Part shown: in pieces, positions 1-8,376 of the stretch
Layout of the letters: each line of letters opens with the position of its first letter
Position numbering within the stretch: position 1 is the first letter of the stretch
Source of the DNA: Desulfurococcaceae archaeon
GTDB lineage: Archaea > Thermoproteota > Thermoprotei_A > Sulfolobales > Desulfurococcaceae
Direction of reading: 5' to 3'
DNA: 16,566 nucleotides
Assembly (NCBI GenBank): GCA_038888155.1
Contig: JAWAJB010000019.1
Location: forward strand, 1 to 16,566
Made by a program: the position numbers and the translations under genes
Notes under the pieces: generated by a model
What the model was told of the DNA's origin: nothing
Seen by the model: the letters and a program-made list of their open reading frames with translations, nothing else
Database searches by the model: none

Positions 1-1
1 G

Positions 2-508
2 ATTCAAGCATTTTTCAGCGAAGCCTATCTTCTCTCGATAATACTGGCTATTATAACAATAATCCACACCTTTCTTAAAGAAAGAGGTTACTACATTGTC
101 TATACATCTCTCTTTACATCTTTAGTGATATTTTTCTACATTCTTATATATTCTCGATCTCTCCTTGAGCAAGCTTTCAAAATATGCAACATCTACTACA
201 TAACATCTTTAACACTCTCTGCATATTTATCGATCTTGCTTCTCTTAGAAAGAGATACCATGAATCCATCGAAAACCTCCACCGTAACTATACCTTTACT
301 CCTAGGAGTGCTCTTCTTCTTTAAAGAATCATATACAACACTTATCTGCATGGCCATACTAATATCTTCATTCCTTACAACTTATCTACCGAAATCTATA
401 ACTATCAATAAAGCAAACGATGAAGAAATAGAAATAACACTCATACTAGACAAGTTCCTAGCCTTCACACCGATTATATTACTACTTGTTACAAGCGTAA
501 TTGAATAA
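2..508 (+). CDS. Multi-pass membrane protein of unknown function, 5'-truncated by the window edge
   Basis: The frame of the listed 125..508 ORF is open from position 2 (IQAFFSEAYLLSIILAIITIIHTFLKERGYYIVYTSLFTSLVIFFY...), so the real start is upstream of the window; several hydrophobic segments; TAA at 506-508. Confidence 0.7.
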   Translation: MQAFFSEAYLLSIILAIITIIHTFLKERGYYIVYTSLFTSLVIFFYILIYSRSLLEQAFKICNIYYITSLTLSAYLSILLLLERDTMNPSKTSTVTIPLLLGVLFFFKESYTTLICMAILISSFLTTYLPKSITINKANDEEIEITLILDKFLAFTPIILLLVTSVIE

Positions 509-533
509 TGAATAAGATAGAGACCCGTCTAAA

Positions 534-561
534 GATAGTTGACGATATCTCTCCAACTATC
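534..561. repeat. Perfect 8-bp inverted repeat GATAGTTG-N12-CAACTATC (operator or hairpin)
   Basis: GATAGTTG at 534-541 and its reverse complement CAACTATC at 554-561, ending 9 nt before the TATA-like TTTAAAT at 571-577. The repeat is seen directly; its function is unknown. Confidence 0.55.
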
Positions 562-577
562 AGAGATAGATTTAAAT
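562..577 (+). promoter_or_regulatory. Putative archaeal promoter (purine-rich BRE + TATA box) for the small membrane protein gene
   Basis: AGAGATAGA followed by TTTAAAT (571-577), about 25 nt upstream of an SD-like GAGGGTG (601-607) preceding TTG at 614. Confidence 0.5.
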
Positions 578-613
578 CCTATTCATATGTAATAGAACGA
601 GAGGGTGGATTGC

Positions 614-871
614 TTGAATAGAGATCGAGTTGTCGGCATACTGTTATTTACAGTCTCTATCTTAATAATACTCGTCTATGCTTGGATACTCTTCTTTACA
701 CAATGGGCCATGCTCGTAATACAGATAACCCTCATGATAGCTGTAGCAGGAGTATTAGGTATACTTGCTTGGATAGGATATACTCTTGCAACGACACCAC
801 CGCCTAAACCAATAGAAGAAATAGAGAAAGAACTAGAACAAGAATCAAAGCAATCTGAATCTAAAGAATAA
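614..871 (+). CDS. Small two-TM archaeal membrane protein with TTPPPKPIEEIEKELE tail; DPM2-like N-terminus
   Basis: Likely start TTG at 614 (MNRDRVVG...) after SD-like GAGGGTG, rather than GTG 605. Two hydrophobic helices, then Pro-rich and acidic helical tail. I recall this as a conserved archaeal family often auto-annotated 'transcriptional regulator', but no DNA-binding motif is visible. Confidence 0.85.
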   Translation: MNRDRVVGILLFTVSILIILVYAWILFFTQWAMLVIQITLMIAVAGVLGILAWIGYTLATTPPPKPIEEIEKELEQESKQSESKE

Positions 872-1106
872 TAAAACAAAAGTAATTATAGAGAGTTTAC
901 TAAAGATCCAGAATTCCATGTGTGGAGAGTTTAAGAAGTAGATACCCAAGTGTTGTTATACTATATAAATAACTTTTGGGACATGCTTTGTTACAACTTT
1001 GGAATTATGTTGATACTCCATGATACCTGGTGAGAAATGATTGGATTTTACCCGCCTTCATAAATCTCGTTAATTTCTGTAGTATGATAGAATTTAGTTG
1101 GTAAGA

Positions 1107-1114
1107 TTTATATA
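1107..1114 (+). promoter_or_regulatory. TATA box TTTATATA, probably leaderless transcript
   Basis: Consensus archaeal TATA ending 24 nt before ATG 1139; no SD motif. Confidence 0.6.
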
Positions 1115-1138
1115 TCATGCGTACAAATAAGTTTAGAG

Positions 1139-1561
1139 ATGTTCGTCTCACATTATTCATCATCCTCTCCGCAAAGTTCTCTTAATGATGTGGGTGCTAT
1201 GCTCTTAAAGGATTTACGATGTATTGTAGTGAAGGTTAAGAAGTTGAGGAAGTGGTATCTAGTCAGTAGACTGACACGAGCCTTTATAAGATCTTGTCTT
1301 TTAATGAGGTTAGAAACTGTTAAGAGTCTTATCTTAATGAAAGCCATAGTTAAGACTATTAAAGAGCTTAAGGAAATAATTTCAGAAGAAGCAAAACTAA
1401 TAAGGATGGGGTTAAGCGAAGCATGGAAGATAAGCGAATTAGCTTCAAAATGGGGTCATAGCTCTTCAAAAAGTTGGAAAAGCAATAAGTACTTCATAAT
1501 ATATCAGGCATTAACACTGAAGTGGATAAAAAAGTTGTTTGGATTGGTTCTGTCAAATTAG
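1139..1561 (+). CDS. Conserved basic hypothetical protein (W..vSR..R, VKS..L, G...A...S..A..WG.....W pattern)
   Basis: 140-aa Lys/Arg-rich ORF with a good TATA box; pattern resembles an uncharacterised family I recall from Bathyarchaeia-type genomes. Confidence 0.75.
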   Translation: MFVSHYSSSSPQSSLNDVGAMLLKDLRCIVVKVKKLRKWYLVSRLTRAFIRSCLLMRLETVKSLILMKAIVKTIKELKEIISEEAKLIRMGLSEAWKISELASKWGHSSSKSWKSNKYFIIYQALTLKWIKKLFGLVLSN

Positions 1562-1644
1562 TGTTGAGAATATGAGGGCTTCAAGAATGTGTAAGACTTG
1601 CTAAAATATTTAGAAATTTAGATTTATAGAAACATGCTAATGCG

Positions 1645-2601
1645 ATGAAAGTTCAGGAGAACGTTGCAGAAAGTTTTCGATTAGATGAGAATGAAAGAGA
1701 ACAGCATATTATTGCATGTATCCCGGCGTACAACGAGGAGAAAACTATAGCCCAAGTGATATTGAAAACTAAAAAATATGTTAATAAAATTATTGTGTGT
1801 GATGATGGCTCGACAGATATGACTGCTGAGATTGCTGAAGCACTTGGAGCTGAAGTAATAAGACATGAAAGAAACATGGGTAAGGGAGCAGCTATTCGTA
1901 GCTTATTTAAAAAAGCTAGAGAAGAAGTCGCTGACATAGTAATTACCATAGACGCAGATGGGCAACACGATCCAAACGAAATACCCATGCTTCTCAAAAT
2001 AATGTTTGAGACTAATGCTGACATAGTTATCGGAAGCAGATTCCTGACGGAAAAAACTGCTAGAAAAGTACCAAAGTATAGATATTTTGGGAATAAACTC
2101 CTAAACTTAGTAACTTTTGTAGAAGATATAACCGATACTCAAAGCGGTTTTAGAATATATAATAGGAAGGCAGTAGAAATGATAAATCCAGCTGAAATGG
2201 GGTTCGCGGTAGATTCAGAGATACTTTACAAAGCTGTGAAGCTAGGTCTCAAGATAGTTGAAGTCCCAGTAAATGTTGAGTATAATGTGCCGAGACCATC
2301 AAAACGCGGTCCAATATACCATGTACTAGACGTATCATTAAGTATGCTTAAGCAAATGTCAATAAGACATCCATTAATCTTCTATGGTATACCTGGATTA
2401 ACATCCATCATTATAGCATCTATCACAGTAGCCTTACTGCTATATTATTATAACTTATCTAGGTACTTCAGTCTACCTCTCGCAATATTAAGCCTAGGAT
2501 TCATACTGGCTGGAATAATGTTCTGCTCAACAGCAATAATATTATGGGTGCTAACATCATTATTAAGGGAAGGACACGATTCACCCCTCAAATCTAAGTA
2601 A
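1645..2601 (+). CDS. Glycosyltransferase family 2, DPM1-like polyprenol/dolichol-phosphate sugar synthase with two C-terminal TM helices
   Basis: Motifs IPAYNEE, VCDDGSTD, N.GKG, DADGQHDP (DxD), VIGSRF, DTQSGFR, IVEVPV; hydrophobic C-terminus. Confidence 0.93.
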   Translation: MKVQENVAESFRLDENEREQHIIACIPAYNEEKTIAQVILKTKKYVNKIIVCDDGSTDMTAEIAEALGAEVIRHERNMGKGAAIRSLFKKAREEVADIVITIDADGQHDPNEIPMLLKIMFETNADIVIGSRFLTEKTARKVPKYRYFGNKLLNLVTFVEDITDTQSGFRIYNRKAVEMINPAEMGFAVDSEILYKAVKLGLKIVEVPVNVEYNVPRPSKRGPIYHVLDVSLSMLKQMSIRHPLIFYGIPGLTSIIIASITVALLLYYYNLSRYFSLPLAILSLGFILAGIMFCSTAIILWVLTSLLREGHDSPLKSK

Positions 2602-2602
2602 A

Positions 2603-2779
2603 GGTATAGTATTAATGTTCTCACCTTTCTTTAAAATCTTTATTGGATATCTATCTGACAACAACTTCAAGCATTTACCAGCTATAGAAGAAAGCATACT
2701 GGCATTCACGTTGATAGCATTAGGATTACAGGCATACTTTTCAGCATTTATGTTAAACATAACAGGAGAGAAGACATGA
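2603..2779 (+). pseudogene. C-terminal TM remnant of a second DPM1-like GT2 (readable as a 54-aa ORF from ATG 2615)
   Basis: MFSPFFKIFIGYLSDNNFKHLPAIEESILAFTLIALGLQAYFSAFMLNITGEKT*; the 'ILAFTLI.LG.Q..FS.FML' ending resembles the last TM helix of a DPM1-like GT2 subfamily; its TGA overlaps the next ATG (ATGA, 2776-2779). Confidence 0.6.
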
Positions 2780-3954
2780 AGATATTACTGCTTACACAAC
2801 TTTTTCACTCTTCTCGTGGTGGAGGAGAAATGATGTTCTTTCAGTTGGCCAAGGGTTTAGCCGAAAGAGGACACAAAGTATATGTGATAAAACATAAAAT
2901 ATTAAATGATAACGAATACGAAGGGAGAAAACATAATATACAGATTTATAGTATATTCCCATCCATAGAACATAAAGGAGGGCTTCCTGCCTCCATTATA
3001 CAAAACCTACTGTATTTCTTTAATTGTTTAAGGATGTCTGTCAAGCTTGTTAAAAAAGAACAAATAGATGTAATTCATGCGAGCAATTATACCCCAATTC
3101 TTGCAGGTTGGTTTCTATCTACATTAACAAAGCGCCCTCTATTGGTAACTATTCACGACATAGTGTCTATGCATGGAATTCATTTTTGGGAGAAATGGAT
3201 GAAACAGTTTGGCAAACTATCTAAATTGAAAGCATTAATGGGATACGTAATTGAGTTGATAAGTGTAAAGATTTCTAAAAATATTCATACAGTTAGCGAA
3301 GCTAGTAAAGAAGATATATTACGATTAAAATTTAAAGAGAAAAACGTATATGTTATTCCAAATGCGTTAGACGTTTTGAAATACAGTCCTCATTGCGAGA
3401 GCATTGAGTACGTGAACGAAATAGCTTTTATTGGGAGATTAGTATTCTATAAGAATTTAGAAGTAATATTGAAAGCGTTATCATGTATCGCTGAGCATGA
3501 AGTTAAGCTTCTTGTTATAGGTGATGGGCCCATGAGATATTATTGGCAGAAGCTAGCTGAAGACCTTGGAGTAGCAGGTAAAGTTAAGTTTATGGGATAT
3601 ATCTCTCATGAAGAGAAGGTAAAGATCTTGAGAAAAGTTTCTGCCTTAGTTCTTCCAAGCTTGTTTGAAGGTTTCGGAATTGTGATTCTTGAAGCATGGG
3701 CATGCAAGAAGCCAGTAATAGTTGCCGACCTCCCACCACTTAATCAGATCGTTGAGCATGGCAGAGATGGTTTTATCGCTAATCCATTTAAACCTGAGGA
3801 ATGGATGAAATATATCCTACTTTTAACTAGTAATAAAGAGTTTGCTAAGGAACTTGGACTCAATGGTTATAGTAAGCTAGTAGAAAAGTATAACATAATA
3901 GACTGGATTACAAAACTTGAGGAATTGTATCGGGAATTGATTACTAGAAAATAA
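2776..3954 (+). CDS. Glycosyltransferase family 4 (GT-B fold, retaining)
   Basis: N-terminal GGGE, LAERGHKV, VTIHD, VIPNA, FIGRL..YKN, GDGP, PSLFEGFGIVILEA (EX7E motif); GGAG SD upstream. Confidence 0.95.
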   Translation: MKILLLTQLFHSSRGGGEMMFFQLAKGLAERGHKVYVIKHKILNDNEYEGRKHNIQIYSIFPSIEHKGGLPASIIQNLLYFFNCLRMSVKLVKKEQIDVIHASNYTPILAGWFLSTLTKRPLLVTIHDIVSMHGIHFWEKWMKQFGKLSKLKALMGYVIELISVKISKNIHTVSEASKEDILRLKFKEKNVYVIPNALDVLKYSPHCESIEYVNEIAFIGRLVFYKNLEVILKALSCIAEHEVKLLVIGDGPMRYYWQKLAEDLGVAGKVKFMGYISHEEKVKILRKVSALVLPSLFEGFGIVILEAWACKKPVIVADLPPLNQIVEHGRDGFIANPFKPEEWMKYILLLTSNKEFAKELGLNGYSKLVEKYNIIDWITKLEELYRELITRK

Positions 3955-3978
3955 CTAGAAAGTAATCGCTAAGAATAA

Positions 3979-4063
3979 TTAAGAGCGATTAAAAGCGATG
4001 CCTTAAAAATTGGAGCTTAGGAGTGATGGCATGGAGTTTACGTTGGAGATGATTATAGAAGCA
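3979..4063 (+). pseudogene. Internal fragment of a DPM1-like GT2 (frameshifted)
   Basis: LRAIKSDALK (3979-4008), frameshift in the A-run at ~4009, then LELRSDGMEFTLEMIIEA (4010-4063), matching the GT2 segment 'RA..R.AL..L.L...GMEF..EMII.A'. Confidence 0.7.
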
Positions 4064-4186
4064 TGGATCCTGTCATCCAGGTAATACGTAGATAGTGTAA
4101 TTTTTTAGGTGTTTGATTCTGAAAAACCTTTATGGATTACAAGTATTCTTTGAACGTGAGTTTGTTATTTGTAGGATCTGAATGGT

Positions 4187-4622
4187 ATGAACATAAAATT
4201 ATTTATAGTTAGTGGGTATAAAATGGATTCTTTGCTTTTCGGAGCTACGCAAAGAATTTACTATTTAGCAAAAGCGGCAAAAAATTTAGGTATTGATGTC
4301 TATATAGCCCATCCAGGGAGAACGTATGAAAAGAATGGTATCTCCTATATTCACTATGGGTTTATGTTTAAAAGTTGGCAATTTGAACTTTAAACTTCCT
4401 CTTTTCCTCATTAAATCCATTAGTTATTAAAGACTTGATTTCTCTTATTGAAGAAATAAAACCGGATATCGTGCAAATAGAGCAACCATATTTGTTTATC
4501 CTATCAAAAATTTTAAGAAAAGCGAGCTTCTTTAAAAAGTACGCATTGTACTTGATGAGCATAATGTTGGGTTCTTAGCTATGAATAAACCTAATACTTT
4601 ACTCTTACTACCCTATGTTCTA
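4187..4622 (+). pseudogene. GT4 glycosyltransferase pseudogene, N-terminal half
   Basis: GATQRIYYLAK..; frameshift near 4370-4390 to LIEEIKPDIVQIEQPY; second frameshift near 4535 to RIVLDEHNV; cut off by the IS6 remnant. Confidence 0.8.
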
Positions 4623-4959
4623 GTAACCCATAGATAGGCTCTCTTGGCTAGATTATATATTACTGCCTCATTCACGGCTATGAAGACCCTCCTACACTAG
4701 AGATAAATGAAAGAATCTCCTCAGCCTTATGGAGCCGCATCCTCATAGATTAATAGCTAATATTGAATCCTAGTTCTGAGAGGACCTCTTGAAACCCTTC
4801 TAAGACTTAACTCCTAAACATAAAGCCTTAACTCATCTAGTAAAACTACAGCTAGGAAAAACATTCCTATCACTAAATAATCTAATCAGATGGGTCAAGT
4901 CAACCACTATACAAGTTCATAGATAAAGAGAAGAGACTTAGCCTTAACTTGACAGTATC
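4623..4959 (-). mobile_element. Truncated, degenerate IS6-family insertion sequence (left end plus transposase N-terminus)
   Basis: Minus strand begins GATACTGTCAAGTTAAG (4959-4943), resembling archaeal IS6 termini; from GTG 4907 reads across frames MVDLTHLIRLFSDRNVF...VKAL...LSLRRV...EVLSELGFNISY*SMRMRLHK...RRVFIAVNEAVIYNLAKRAYLWV, matching IS6 'GLS.R', 'IAVDET' and 'YLW' motifs. No right end found. Confidence 0.8.
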
Positions 4960-5254
4960 ATCAAAATGGACAGAAGTTTTTTCGATAGTAACACTTGAAG
5001 CTATCGCATCTTCATTATATATAATTTCTTCAAAAAATGGAAGTTTGCCGGATATTCTAGATAAATATCCTCGAAAAATTTACCTACGAGAAGTAATCGT
5101 AAGTGAGATAGTGAATAAGCCAATCATTCTCATCAATAGTTGGAATACAATGAATGAACAATGTCATGACGACGAATTAACATACCTGAAGAATTTTGAT
5201 TGGACTAATATAGCAGACAAAATAGAGTATTTGTACAAACAGTCGGTTAATTAA
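4960..5254 (+). pseudogene. GT4 glycosyltransferase pseudogene, C-terminal part
   Basis: Starts right after the IS end with SKWTEVFSIVTLEAIAS (EX7E motif), then GSLPDI and FDW..IA; the listed TTG start at 4949 lies inside the IS terminal repeat. Confidence 0.8.
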
Positions 5255-5267
5255 AGATAGTTGAAAA

Positions 5268-7085
5268 TTGGATAAGAAGATGGGGGATCTTAAGCTGCCA
5301 GTCCCTACTTCATTAAAGAGAGTCATGTTGCTTTTGATACTTCAAAGCTCGTTTATCTTTCTCTCTCCATATATTCAATCTTTCTTTCAACATATTATTG
5401 ATTTTACAAATCTTGATCACCTACTACTAATATTTGTAGTTGTTATACCATATCTTTCAGCATTATTTACAGTATGTATTTTAGGGCCAGGTAGTGAAGA
5501 ATCTCTTTACACTTCAAAAATAAAGATTGTAAGCAAAGTAGATATTCCATTAGTAGCATGTCTCATTTTCATATCTTTAATCATTTTTTCTAAGTTTTCT
5601 CAATATGATATGCCTGTTGGATATGATACCCCCTTGTATCTTGCTTGGGTAGAAGCTATGTTAAAAGAAATGAAATTTAAGTTCTCCATCACTGATTTTC
5701 TCATTGGACGACAATTTTATATCTACTTGCTTACAATTTTAAAATCTTTTCTAAATGTGGATTCACTAATACTAGGAAGATTCCTCTGGTGTCAGATCAT
5801 TCTCTTGCTTATACCTCTTTATTTATTAGTTAAACTACTTACAAATTCGAGTTTTATTGGGTTTGTCTCAGGATTACTAATGATATTCTGGCATAGAACT
5901 CCAAGGCTTATATCAGATCTTCATGCAAATGTTTTTGGGATCTTCGTAATGTTAATTTTATTCATCATAATCTTTCTTATTACCAACACGCATACAAGTT
6001 ATGTAATGAAGCTTTCTACGATATCATTCTTTGGCACATTGTTCATTTATCAATTTCATCAAATGACAGCCTTAGTGTTTGCTTTAGCTATGATGGGGTA
6101 CTTAGTATCTCAATCCATTTCTTACGTGATGGTAATTCATATGAAAGGTGTTGCCAATAACATAGTAAAAAATAGAAGTACGAAAATAGTTCTTTTTCTG
6201 CTACCAATAACTATGTATATTTTGTGCCGCGGATTTGTAACCGCAGGGTCATCTATAGTAAATTTTTATCCATTGATGAAGGATTTTCTAAGAAAATGGT
6301 GGCCCGAAATTCCTATATATAATTTTGAAAGTTTTGTAGGCTCACTAGGTGGATGGTATATTTTTATCTTGGCTGAAATAGGCATCGTATACATAATAGT
6401 CAAACATAGGACGAAATGCTTCATCAGAATCTTAATGGTCTATCTTATAACATCGTTGTTGCTATTTCAGAACAACATATTTGGATTACATGCCCTTCCC
6501 GAGAGGTTTGCTGTATTTACGTTGATGCCCATTTATGCATCTCTAGGCTTAAATTACATTAGAGAAATATTTGGTCAGCATTTAACGAGAAATGTTCGTC
6601 TAAGAATTGATTTTTTCTCAAAAAGTTTTTCAAGGAGGACATCAAATATACATAACATCTCATTCGTGATGATATTGCTAATACTATTAAGTCAAATAGT
6701 GCCTCTACAACTTGCTATAATAGACCGTTATGGACCAACTATAAGTAGAGAGGCATACGAAGACCTAAAGTATTTAAGAGATTATTACGTGAATATAGAC
6801 ATTCGGAGTAATAAAAGTGTATTGATAATATTCTCTAATACTAAGCTTTTAGAATGGATGAAGCAGCTAATGCCGATAAAAGCCATCAGATATCCCCAGG
6901 ATCCCGTAGTAGGGATGGCAGGATTAACTACTTACAGCTATAACATCGAAAAAATAAAATTATGGGAAGTTGTTTATCTAATAGATCCTAGCAAAAACTA
7001 TTTTCAAAATATTGGTTATTCATATTATGAAATAATCTTGAATTCCAGCATAATAATCTATAAGATTACTCAAAATCAATCATGA
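5268..7085 (+). CDS. Large multi-pass membrane protein, probable GT-C fold glycosyltransferase or glycan polymerase
   Basis: 605 aa, roughly a dozen hydrophobic segments, acidic loop motif GYDTPLY after the N-terminal helices, conserved-looking DLHAN, FHQMT and PERF, soluble C-terminal domain; alternative start ATG 5280. Coding status is secure, function is inferred. Confidence 0.75.
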   Translation: MDKKMGDLKLPVPTSLKRVMLLLILQSSFIFLSPYIQSFFQHIIDFTNLDHLLLIFVVVIPYLSALFTVCILGPGSEESLYTSKIKIVSKVDIPLVACLIFISLIIFSKFSQYDMPVGYDTPLYLAWVEAMLKEMKFKFSITDFLIGRQFYIYLLTILKSFLNVDSLILGRFLWCQIILLLIPLYLLVKLLTNSSFIGFVSGLLMIFWHRTPRLISDLHANVFGIFVMLILFIIIFLITNTHTSYVMKLSTISFFGTLFIYQFHQMTALVFALAMMGYLVSQSISYVMVIHMKGVANNIVKNRSTKIVLFLLPITMYILCRGFVTAGSSIVNFYPLMKDFLRKWWPEIPIYNFESFVGSLGGWYIFILAEIGIVYIIVKHRTKCFIRILMVYLITSLLLFQNNIFGLHALPERFAVFTLMPIYASLGLNYIREIFGQHLTRNVRLRIDFFSKSFSRRTSNIHNISFVMILLILLSQIVPLQLAIIDRYGPTISREAYEDLKYLRDYYVNIDIRSNKSVLIIFSNTKLLEWMKQLMPIKAIRYPQDPVVGMAGLTTYSYNIEKIKLWEVVYLIDPSKNYFQNIGYSYYEIILNSSIIIYKITQNQS

Positions 7086-7173
7086 GAACATAAATAAACT
7101 CCTAATCTTTAAGAAATCACAAAAATTAGTCTGTTCTGCGAAATTGTCATTCTTTCCGTTTTATAGAAAGAAA

Positions 7174-8376
7174 ATGAAGAGAAAAGTTATAATTATTCAT
7201 ACTGGGATTGGGATTCCTCGAGGAAGAGCGTATCTATTCTTAGAAAGTTTATGTCTAAAAAACATTATCCCAGTATTTGTAAGCGATTCTATAGTAAAAG
7301 AGTTAGGGAAAACTCTGTTAATGAAGATAAGAGAATGTAGATTCCGAAGATGGCTCTTGCCATGCCTTCATCATCTATTAGAAGTAAACTTCTTTTTTAA
7401 AATGATAATCGACTTTATAGCTATCCCATTTATCATCACCTTCGAAAATCCAAGCTTCATAATTTTAACTATTCCAGGTACCACATCATTACTTCCTACG
7501 TGGTTAGCGTGCAAAATGCTATCTAAAAAGTTGGTTATAGATATTAGAGACGAAGTGGAAGAATCGCATAGTAAGAAATTAAGATTTATAGCGCCCATTA
7601 TTAAAAAAATATTCAATCTAATTTATTCGAGTGCTGACGCATTATTTGTTGTAAGCCCTCTGCTTCTGGACAAGTATAAAGTTTTAAATTCAAAAGTATT
7701 CCTGATCACAAATTACGTTGACACCAGCTCATTTAAGCCCATAACACACGAAGAAAAAGTTTCAATACGTAAATCACTTAATTTTTCAGTAGATGACTTT
7801 GTCCTAATATATTCAGGTAAATTGGGTTATCCTTATAGAATCGATACTTTACTCAAAGCTATAAAGATACTTAAAGACAGAGGCCTAAAAAATATAAAAC
7901 TACTAATTATTGGTAAACCAGAAGGAACGGTTGATGAGAAATTTGATTATAAGACTATTTCCTTTTTATTAAATAAGCTGAATATATGTGATCTTGTAAT
8001 CACCTTACCATTCATGCCGCAAGAAAAGCTAGTAAAATACGCCTCTATAGCTAATATTGGAATAATACCATTAGATAAAGATCCTTTATGGAAATACGTT
8101 ATTCCAATAAAGTTTATGGAATATTCTGCTCTAGGTCTACCATCAATTGTATCGACTTATCCAGACTCCGTACTTGCAAAAATTATAAATAAGTATAAAG
8201 TTGGTTTAATATGTAATCTATGTCCAAAAGATTTAGCCAACACTATACAATACTTATTTGATCAGCGTAACTTGTTAAAAAGCTTTTCAGAAAATGCACG
8301 AATCCTCGCAGAGAAAGAATTTGATAAAAGTAAAATTTTACAAGATTTTTCAAGAATAATTGACATACTCTTATAA
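7174..8376 (+). CDS. Glycosyltransferase family 4 (WbuB-like subgroup)
   Basis: DIRD, ADALFVVS, ITNYVD, IYSGKL, PIKFMEYSALGLP motif; ATG 7174 preferred over TTG 7144. Confidence 0.9.
   Translation: MKRKVIIIHTGIGIPRGRAYLFLESLCLKNIIPVFVSDSIVKELGKTLLMKIRECRFRRWLLPCLHHLLEVNFFFKMIIDFIAIPFIITFENPSFIILTIPGTTSLLPTWLACKMLSKKLVIDIRDEVEESHSKKLRFIAPIIKKIFNLIYSSADALFVVSPLLLDKYKVLNSKVFLITNYVDTSSFKPITHEEKVSIRKSLNFSVDDFVLIYSGKLGYPYRIDTLLKAIKILKDRGLKNIKLLIIGKPEGTVDEKFDYKTISFLLNKLNICDLVITLPFMPQEKLVKYASIANIGIIPLDKDPLWKYVIPIKFMEYSALGLPSIVSTYPDSVLAKIINKYKVGLICNLCPKDLANTIQYLFDQRNLLKSFSENARILAEKEFDKSKILQDFSRIIDILL

Noticed and set aside
508-621. 37-aa ORF (MNKIETRL...) starting in a TAATG overlap with the first gene
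   Set aside because: No recognisable motif and it runs across the predicted promoter of the next gene; probably chance.
945-980. Imperfect hairpin CCCAA..GTTAT..ATAAC..TTGGG
   Set aside because: Short, interrupted, AT-rich stem; not distinguishable from chance.
676-2024. Minus-strand ORFs 676..879, 1153..1347, 1653..2024 and 1681..1866
   Set aside because: Antisense shadows of better-supported + strand genes.
4368-4562. Minus-strand 64-aa ORF
   Set aside because: Shadow of the GT4 pseudogene's middle frame.
7371-7616. Minus-strand 81-aa ORF
   Set aside because: Shadow of the intact GT4.
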